IMG/VR virus record: IMGVR_UViG_2778261504_000015
Coordinates: 1-4,246 of that record
Reading direction: 5' to 3' (one strand)
Source: a virus
Taxonomy: Duplodnaviria > Heunggongvirae > Uroviricota > Caudoviricetes
DNA length: 4,246 nt
Made by a program: the position numbers and the translations under genes. This document shows, piece by piece, positions 1 through 4,246 of this stretch. The notes below the pieces were generated by a model, which worked only from the letters and a program-made list of their open reading frames with translations, did not search any database and was not told the origin of the DNA. Position 1 is the first letter of the stretch; every line of letters begins with the position of its first letter.

Positions 1-408
1 CTGGTCGGCGGAACGGTGGTCAGGCGTAAGGTTTACGCCCGTTTTCTGGATGCGGTGAACTTCGTCAACGGAAACAGCGATGCCGATCCGGAGCAGGAGG
101 TGATCAGCCGCTGGCGCATCGAGCAGTGCAGCGAACTGAGCGCGGTCAGTGCCTCCTTTGTACTGTCCACACCGACGGAAACGGATGGTGCTGTTTTTCC
201 GGGGCGCATCATGCTGGCCAACACCTGCACCTGGACCTATCGCGGCGATGAGTGCGGTTATAGCGGTCCGGCGGTCGCGGATGAATATGACCAGCCAACG
301 TCCGATATCACGAAGGATAAATGCAGCAAATGCCTGAGCGGTTGTAAGTTCCGCAATAACGTCGGCAACTTTGGCGGTTTCCTTTCCATTAATAAACTTT
401 CGCAGTAA
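1..408 (+). CDS. L: Phage minor tail protein L (tail tip complex), C-terminal 135 codons; 5' end lies upstream of the window
   Basis: Frame 1 is open from nt 1 to TAA at 406-408. The translation (...RRKVYARFLDAVNFVNGNSDADPEQE...CSKCLSGCKFRNNVGNFGGFLSINKLSQ) matches my recollection of the lambda gpL C-terminus, including the cysteine-rich segment. The track ORF 16..408 begins at an internal GTG; the true start is outside the window. It sits immediately upstream of K-I-J, as in lambda. Confidence 0.9.
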   Translation: MVGGTVVRRKVYARFLDAVNFVNGNSDADPEQEVISRWRIEQCSELSAVSASFVLSTPTETDGAVFPGRIMLANTCTWTYRGDECGYSGPAVADEYDQPTSDITKDKCSKCLSGCKFRNNVGNFGGFLSINKLSQ

Positions 409-418
409 ATCCCGGTTT

Positions 419-1162
419 ATGACACAGACTGAATCAGCGATTCTGGCGCATGCCCGGCGGTGTGCGCCTGCGGAGTCGTGCGGCTTCGTGGTGAGAACGC
501 CGGAGGGGGAGCGGTATATCCCTTGTGTGAATATCTCTGCAGAGCCGGAGGCGTATTTTCGTATTGCACCGGAAGACTGGCTGCGGGCAGAGATGCAGGG
601 GGAGATTGTGGCACTGGTCCACAGTCATCCCGGTGGTCTGCCCTGGCTGAGCGAGGCCGACCGGCGGCTGCAGATAAAAAGTGCACTGTCCTGGTGGCTG
701 GTCTGCCGGGGGGAAATTCATAAATTCCGCTGTGTGCCACATCTGACAGGACGGCGCTTTGAGCACGGGGTGACGGACTGTTACACGCTGTTCCGGGATG
801 CATACCATCTGGCGGGAATTGATATGCCGGATTTTGAGCGTGAGGATGACTGGTGGCGTAACGGTCAGAACCTTTACCTGGACAATATGGCGGTCACCGG
901 CTTTTACCGGGTGCCCCTGTCCTCTGCACAGGCGGGCGATATCCTGCTGTGCTGCTTTGGCGCATCGGTGGCCAATCATGCCGCCATTTACTGCGGCAAC
1001 GGTGAACTGCTTCACCATCTGCCTGAACAACTGAGTAAACGGGAGAGGTATTCCGAAAAATGGCAACGACGAACGCATTCTGTCTGGCGTCACCGCCACT
1101 GGCACGTATCTGCCTTCACGGGGATTTGCAACGATTTGGCCGCCGCCTCAGCCTGTATGTGA
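419..1162 (+). CDS. K: Tail tip assembly protein K: N-terminal JAB/MPN (JAMM) metalloprotease-like domain plus C-terminal NlpC/P60 (C40) cysteine peptidase-like domain, 247 aa as called
   Basis: ATG at 419 gives MTQTESAILAHARR..., 10 nt after the L stop, ending at TGA 1160-1162. A JAMM motif H-S-H-x7-S-x2-D (HSHPGGLPWLSEAD) is encoded at 620-661. NlpC/P60-like catalytic residues are Cys in GVTDCYTLF (codon 779-781), His in ANHAAIY (977-979) and the following LLHH. The track start at 371 is a TTG inside L and is not preferred. No obvious Shine-Dalgarno precedes 419, so translation may be coupled to L. Confidence 0.87.
   Translation: MTQTESAILAHARRCAPAESCGFVVRTPEGERYIPCVNISAEPEAYFRIAPEDWLRAEMQGEIVALVHSHPGGLPWLSEADRRLQIKSALSWWLVCRGEIHKFRCVPHLTGRRFEHGVTDCYTLFRDAYHLAGIDMPDFEREDDWWRNGQNLYLDNMAVTGFYRVPLSSAQAGDILLCCFGASVANHAAIYCGNGELLHHLPEQLSKRERYSEKWQRRTHSVWRHRHWHVSAFTGICNDLAAASACM
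1041..1048 (+). promoter_or_regulatory. Shine-Dalgarno for I (GGGAGAGG), embedded in K coding sequence
   Basis: Purine-rich GGGAGAGG lies 11 nt upstream of the I ATG at 1060. Confidence 0.5.
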
Positions 1163-1740
1163 ACACGGCAGCGGAAGCCATCCGTGCCCTGTCGATGCAG
1201 ATGCCGGGCTTTCGCCGTCAGATGAACGAAGGCTGGTACCAGATACGTATTCGCGGTGAGGACACGGCACCGGAGGCGGTGTACGCCCGTCTTCACGAAC
1301 AGCTGGGTGAGGGAACGGTCATCCACATTGTGCCGCGACTGGCCGGGGCCGGAAAAGGTGGACTGCAGATTGTGCTGGGGGCGGCAGCCATCGTGGGCTC
1401 TTTCTTCACTGCCGGGGCAACGATGGCGTTATGGGGTTCAGCCCTGGCAGCCGGTGGTTTTTCTGCCACCACGATGCTGTTTTCACTGGGGGCCAGCATG
1501 ATACTGGGTGGTGTGGCTCAGATGCTGGCCCCGAAGGCTAAAGTACCGGAGTACAAAAGCACGGATAACGGCAGACAGAACACGTACTTTTCCTCGCTGG
1601 ATAACATGATTGCACAGGGGAACCCGATGCCGGTGCCTTACGGTGAAATGCTGGTTGGCTCACGGCGAATCTCCCAGGACATCAGTACCCGTGATGAAGG
1701 CGGTGACGGGAAGGTGGTGGTTATCGGGCGGCAGGCATAA
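1060..1740 (+). CDS. I: Tail assembly protein I (ubiquitin-like N-terminal domain, Gly/Ala-rich hydrophobic C-terminal region), 226 aa
   Basis: ATG 1060 to TAA 1738-1740. The translation (MATTNAFCLASPPLARICLHGDLQRFGRR...GGLQIVLGAAAIVGSFFTAGAT...NGRQNTYFSSLDNMIAQGN...) resembles lambda gpI as I recall it. GGGAGAGG at 1041-1048 is a plausible Shine-Dalgarno. The start lies inside the 3' end of K in a different frame. Confidence 0.88.
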   Translation: MATTNAFCLASPPLARICLHGDLQRFGRRLSLYVNTAAEAIRALSMQMPGFRRQMNEGWYQIRIRGEDTAPEAVYARLHEQLGEGTVIHIVPRLAGAGKGGLQIVLGAAAIVGSFFTAGATMALWGSALAAGGFSATTMLFSLGASMILGGVAQMLAPKAKVPEYKSTDNGRQNTYFSSLDNMIAQGNPMPVPYGEMLVGSRRISQDISTRDEGGDGKVVVIGRQA

Positions 1741-1741
1741 A
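1734..1741. repeat. Left copy of 8-bp direct repeat GGCATAAA (includes the I stop codon)
   Basis: GGCATAAA at 1734-1741 and again at 1944-1951, bracketing about 210 bp. An 8-bp match could be chance. Confidence 0.3.
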
Positions 1742-1744
1742 AGC

Positions 1745-1777
1745 GAAAAAATCCCGCAGTGACCGAAGGCTGCGGGA
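1745..1777 (-). terminator. Putative intrinsic terminator for minus-strand transcription (hairpin followed by T-run on the minus strand)
   Basis: Perfect 8-bp inverted repeat TCCCGCAG (1752-1759) / CTGCGGGA (1770-1777) with a 10-nt loop. On the + strand it is preceded by AAAAAA (1746-1751), which on the minus strand is a T-run right after the stem. No T-run follows it on the + strand. Confidence 0.35.
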
Positions 1778-1784
1778 ACAGAAA

Positions 1785-1880
1785 ATGAAGATTAACCACA
1801 GGGAGTTTTGTTTTTATTGGCCCGAAAAAACTGTAACGCCCGGGAATGATATCTGCCACGGGGGCGTACAGAAAATGTGA
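1785..1880 (+). CDS. Hypothetical 31-aa small ORF inside the intergenic segment (MKINHREFCFYWPEKTVTPGNDICHGGVQKM); very low confidence
   Basis: ATG 1785 to TGA 1878-1880, with a weak GGGAA a few nt upstream. It is below the ORF track size cutoff, has no recognisable motif and is not hydrophobic. It lies between the two hairpins and upstream of the + strand terminator. Confidence 0.12.
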   Translation: MKINHREFCFYWPEKTVTPGNDICHGGVQKM

Positions 1881-1910
1881 AGAAATTCAGAAATTTTATT
1901 CCGTCATGAC

Positions 1911-1941
1911 ACAGGCACCCTCCGGGGTGCCTGTCGTTTTT
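1911..1941 (+). terminator. Rho-independent (intrinsic) terminator, + strand
   Basis: Perfect 10-bp inverted repeat ACAGGCACCC (1911-1920) / GGGTGCCTGT (1925-1934) around a 4-nt loop TCCG, followed by CG then TTTTT (1937-1941). Read directly from the sequence; stability was not computed. Confidence 0.65.
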
Positions 1942-1943
1942 GG

Positions 1944-1951
1944 GGCATAAA
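1944..1951. repeat. Right copy of 8-bp direct repeat GGCATAAA
   Basis: Exact match to 1734-1741; sits immediately after the + strand terminator T-run. Confidence 0.3.
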
Positions 1952-1956
1952 CAGAT

Positions 1957-1970
1957 TCAGACATCAGACA
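1957..1970. repeat. Perfect tandem heptamer TCAGACA x2, preceded by a degenerate third copy ACAGAT (1951-1956)
   Basis: TCAGACA at 1957-1963 and 1964-1970, read directly, ending immediately upstream of the J Shine-Dalgarno. Confidence 0.5.
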
Positions 1971-1980
1971 GGAGAGGGGG
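1971..1980 (+). promoter_or_regulatory. Shine-Dalgarno for J (GGAGAGGGGG)
   Basis: Strong purine-rich block ending 5 nt upstream of the GTG at 1986. Confidence 0.6.
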
Positions 1981-1985
1981 ACAGA

Positions 1986-4246
1986 GTGGGTAAAGGTGGC
2001 GGCAAGGCGCACACGCCGGTTGAGGCAAAGGACAATCTTAAGTCCACGCAGATGATGAGCGTGATTGATGCCATCGGTGAGGGACCGGTGGAAGGTCCGG
2101 TGAAGGGGCTGCAGAGTATTCTGGTGAACAAAACCCCGCTGACGGACACGGACGGTAATCCTGTGATACATGGTGTGACAGCGGTCTGGCGCGCCGGGGA
2201 GCAGGAGCAGACACCGCCGGAAGGTTTTGAGTCATCCGGCTCTGAAACCGCACTGGGCGTGGAAGTGACGAAGGCAAAGCCGGTGACGCGCACCATTACG
2301 TCCGCGAACATTGACCGCCTGCGGGTTACCTTCGGGGTGCAGTCACTGGTGCAGACCACCTCACAGGGTGACCGTAACCCGGCATCCGTCCGCCTGCTGA
2401 TTCAGCTGCAGCGTAACGGTAACTGGGTGACGGAAAAGGATGTCACCATTAACGGCAAGACCACCTCACAGTTCCTCGCTTCGGTGATTCTGGATAATCT
2501 GCCTCCCCGCCCCTTTAACATCCGGATGGTCAGGGAGACGGCGGACAGCACCACGGACCAGCTGCAGAATAAGACGCTCTGGTCGTCATACACCGAAATC
2601 ATCGATGTGAAACAGTGCTACCCGAACACGGCGATTGTGGGGCTGCAGGTGGATGCGGAGCAGTTTGGCGGTCAGCAGATGACGGTGAACTACCATATCC
2701 GCGGTCGCATCATTCAGGTGCCGTCAAACTATGACCCGGAAAAACGCACGTACAGCGGCATCTGGGACGGCAGCCTGAAACCGGCATACAGCAACAACCC
2801 GGCCTGGTGCCTGTGGGACATGCTGACTCACCCGCGCTACGGCATGGGAAAACGTCTGGGGGCGGCAGACGTGGACAAATGGGCGCTGTATGCCATTGCG
2901 CAGTACTGCGACCAGACGGTGCCGGATGGTTTCGGGGGCACAGAGCCGCGGATGACCTTTAATGCGTACCTGTCACAACAGCGTAAGGCGTGGGACGTTC
3001 TCAGTGATTTCTGCTCGGCGATGCGCTGTATGCCGGTATGGAACGGCCAGACGCTGACGTTCGTTCAGGACCGCCCGTCGGATGTGGTGTGGCCGTACAC
3101 CAGCAGCGATGTGGTGGTGGATGATAACGGCGTGGGGTTTCGCTACAGCTTCAGCGCCCTGAAGGACCGCCACACGGCGGTGGAGGTGAATTACACCGAC
3201 CCGCAGAACGGCTGGCAGACCTCCACGGAACTGGTGGAAGACCCGGAAGCCATACTGCGCTACGGGCGCAACCTGCTGAAGATGGATGCGTTCGGTTGCA
3301 CCAGTCGCGGTCAGGCCCACCGTGCCGGGCTGTGGGTAATAAAGACCGGACTGCTGGAAACGCAGACGGTGGATTTCACGCTCGGGTCACAGGGGCTGCG
3401 TCACACACCCGGTGACATTATTGAAATCTGTGATAACGACTATGCCGGGACCATGACCGGCGGACGTATCCTGTCCATCGATGCCGCCAGCCGCACCCTG
3501 ACACTGGACCGTGAGGTGACCCTGCCGGAGACAGGTGCCGCCACGGTGAACCTGATTAACGGCAGCGGTAAGCCGGTGAGCGTGGCCATCACTGCACACC
3601 CCGCGCCGGACCGGATACAGGTCAGCACCCTGCCTGATGGTGTGGAGACATACGGTGTATGGGGACTCTCCCTGCCGTCACTGCGTCGTCGCCTGTTCCG
3701 CTGTGTCTCCATCCGGGAAAACACGGACGGCACCTTTGCCATCACGGCGGTGCAGCACGTACCGGAAAAGGAAGCCATCGTGGATAACGGGGCCAGCTTT
3801 GAGCCGCAGTCAGGCACCCTGAACAGCGTCATCCCTCCGGCAGTGCAGCACCTGACGGTGGAGGTGAGCGCAGCTGACGGTCAGTATCTGGCGCAGGCGA
3901 AATGGGACACGCCGCGGGTGGTGAAGGGCGTGCGCTTCAGTCTGCGCCTGACCAGTGGAAGCGGTCAGGACAGCCGTCTGGTGACCACCGCCATCACCGC
4001 GGATACAGAGCACCGTTTCAGCGGTCTGCCGCCGGGGGAATACACCCTGACGGTCAGGGCAATTAACAGTTATGGCCAGCAGGGCGAACCGGCCACCACC
4101 ACCTTCCGGATTAACGCGCCAGCAAAACCCGCCACCATTGAACTGACACCGGGCTATTTTCAGATAACGGCGGTCCCGCGTCTTGCGGTGTATGACCCGA
4201 CGGTACAGTTTGAGTTCTGGTTTTCGGAGACAAAAATCGCAGACAT
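1986..4246 (+). CDS. J: Host specificity protein J / central tail fiber (tail tip attachment protein), N-terminal ~753 codons; 3' end beyond window
   Basis: GTG at 1986 is preceded by the strong Shine-Dalgarno GGAGAGGGGG (1971-1980). It is the first canonical start after the in-frame stop TGA at 1878-1880. The translation [39 protein letters not shown]... stays open to the window end and closely resembles the lambda gpJ N-terminus as I recall it. It is absent from the ORF track only because it has no stop within the window. Confidence 0.92.
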   Translation, partial: MGKGGGKAHTPVEAKDNLKSTQMMSVIDAIGEGPVEGPVKGLQSILVNKTPLTDTDGNPVIHGVTAVWRAGEQEQTPPEGFESSGSETALGVEVTKAKPVTRTITSANIDRLRVTFGVQSLVQTTSQGDRNPASVRLLIQLQRNGNWVTEKDVTINGKTTSQFLASVILDNLPPRPFNIRMVRETADSTTDQLQNKTLWSSYTEIIDVKQCYPNTAIVGLQVDAEQFGGQQMTVNYHIRGRIIQVPSNYDPEKRTYSGIWDGSLKPAYSNNPAWCLWDMLTHPRYGMGKRLGAADVDKWALYAIAQYCDQTVPDGFGGTEPRMTFNAYLSQQRKAWDVLSDFCSAMRCMPVWNGQTLTFVQDRPSDVVWPYTSSDVVVDDNGVGFRYSFSALKDRHTAVEVNYTDPQNGWQTSTELVEDPEAILRYGRNLLKMDAFGCTSRGQAHRAGLWVIKTGLLETQTVDFTLGSQGLRHTPGDIIEICDNDYAGTMTGGRILSIDAASRTLTLDREVTLPETGAATVNLINGSGKPVSVAITAHPAPDRIQVSTLPDGVETYGVWGLSLPSLRRRLFRCVSIRENTDGTFAITAVQHVPEKEAIVDNGASFEPQSGTLNSVIPPAVQHLTVEVSAADGQYLAQAKWDTPRVVKGVRFSLRLTSGSGQDSRLVTTAITADTEHRFSGLPPGEYTLTVRAINSYGQQGEPATTTFRINAPAKPATIELTPGYFQITAVPRLAVYDPTVQFEFWFSETKIAD

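Larger units (their letters stand above)
1741..1985. other. Non-coding I-J intergenic segment of 245 bp with lower GC than flanking genes; candidate inserted module
   Basis: By hand count it is about 48% GC overall and about 39% over 1781-1900, against about 60% in a sampled stretch of adjacent J coding sequence. It contains no convincing ORF, holds both terminator-like hairpins, and is flanked by GGCATAAA direct repeats. Confidence 0.6.

Noticed and set aside
371-418. Upstream TTG start for K given by the ORF track (371)
   Set aside because: The TTG lies inside the L coding sequence in another frame. The ATG at 419 gives the expected K N-terminus (MTQTES...) just after the L stop.
460-1034. 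Short + strand alternative-frame ORFs 460..723, 798..1034 and 1256..1501 inside K and I
   Set aside because: They are out-of-frame overlaps within genes whose correct frames are supported by homology and motifs.
1052-1063. Possible programmed frameshift joining K and I at the A-rich GAAAAATGG overlap
   Set aside because: The sequence is not a canonical X-XXY-YYZ slippery heptamer in the K frame, and I has its own ATG and Shine-Dalgarno. Ordinary overlapping genes with translational coupling explain the arrangement.
434-1105. 223-aa minus-strand ORF antisense to K
   Set aside because: It lies entirely within, and opposite to, a confidently identified K gene with intact catalytic motifs. The translation is Arg/Pro-rich and low-complexity, typical of antisense frames in GC-rich coding DNA, with no recognisable motif.
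1638-1859. 73-aa minus-strand ORF with GTG start spanning the I 3' end and the left part of the intergenic segment
   Set aside because: It runs straight through the 1752-1777 hairpin, which on this strand looks like a terminator, and overlaps I antisense. Its start is a GTG with no obvious Shine-Dalgarno.
1964-2359. 131-aa minus-strand ORF, with the nested 1896..2171 and 2038..2277 minus ORFs, antisense to the 5' end of J
   Set aside because: They overlap the strongly supported J coding sequence on the opposite strand and cross the J start region, and have no motif support. Most likely chance open frames.
2973-3832. Minus-strand ORFs 2973..3320, 3387..3599 and 3440..3832 antisense to J
   Set aside because: Same reasoning: they are embedded antisense in J and their translations are low-complexity and His/Arg-rich.
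1-4246. Search for tRNA or rRNA genes, CRISPR repeats, integrase or transposase ends, and Chi sites (GCTGGTGG)
   Set aside because: I saw no cloverleaf-like or repeat-spacer structure, no recombinase-like ORF and no exact Chi octamer on visual scan. This was a by-eye scan only, so short elements could have been missed.

Overview
This window is the tail-tip assembly region of a lambda-like (lambdoid) siphovirus or prophage, probably from an enterobacterial host, with every real gene on the + strand. It holds the 3' end of L (1..408), K (419..1162), I (1060..1740, overlapping K by 103 nt out of frame), a 245-bp non-coding segment (1741..1985), and the first ~753 codons of J (1986..4246, GTG start, running off the window). 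I saw no tRNA/rRNA, CRISPR array, transposase or integrase. Identifications rest on my recollection of lambda gpL/gpK/gpI/gpJ sequences and on motifs read directly; no database search was run. The main unexplained feature is the I-J intergenic segment, which I recall being only a few nucleotides in lambda. Here it is lower in GC, has a strong + strand intrinsic terminator just upstream of J, an oppositely oriented terminator-like hairpin just after I, flanking 8-bp direct repeats and a tandem heptamer beside the J ribosome-binding site. It is a candidate inserted module (moron or small RNA), but its function cannot be determined from sequence alone. I found nothing that clearly amounts to a new multi-gene system. 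All minus-strand ORFs in the track look like antisense artefacts of GC-rich coding sequence.
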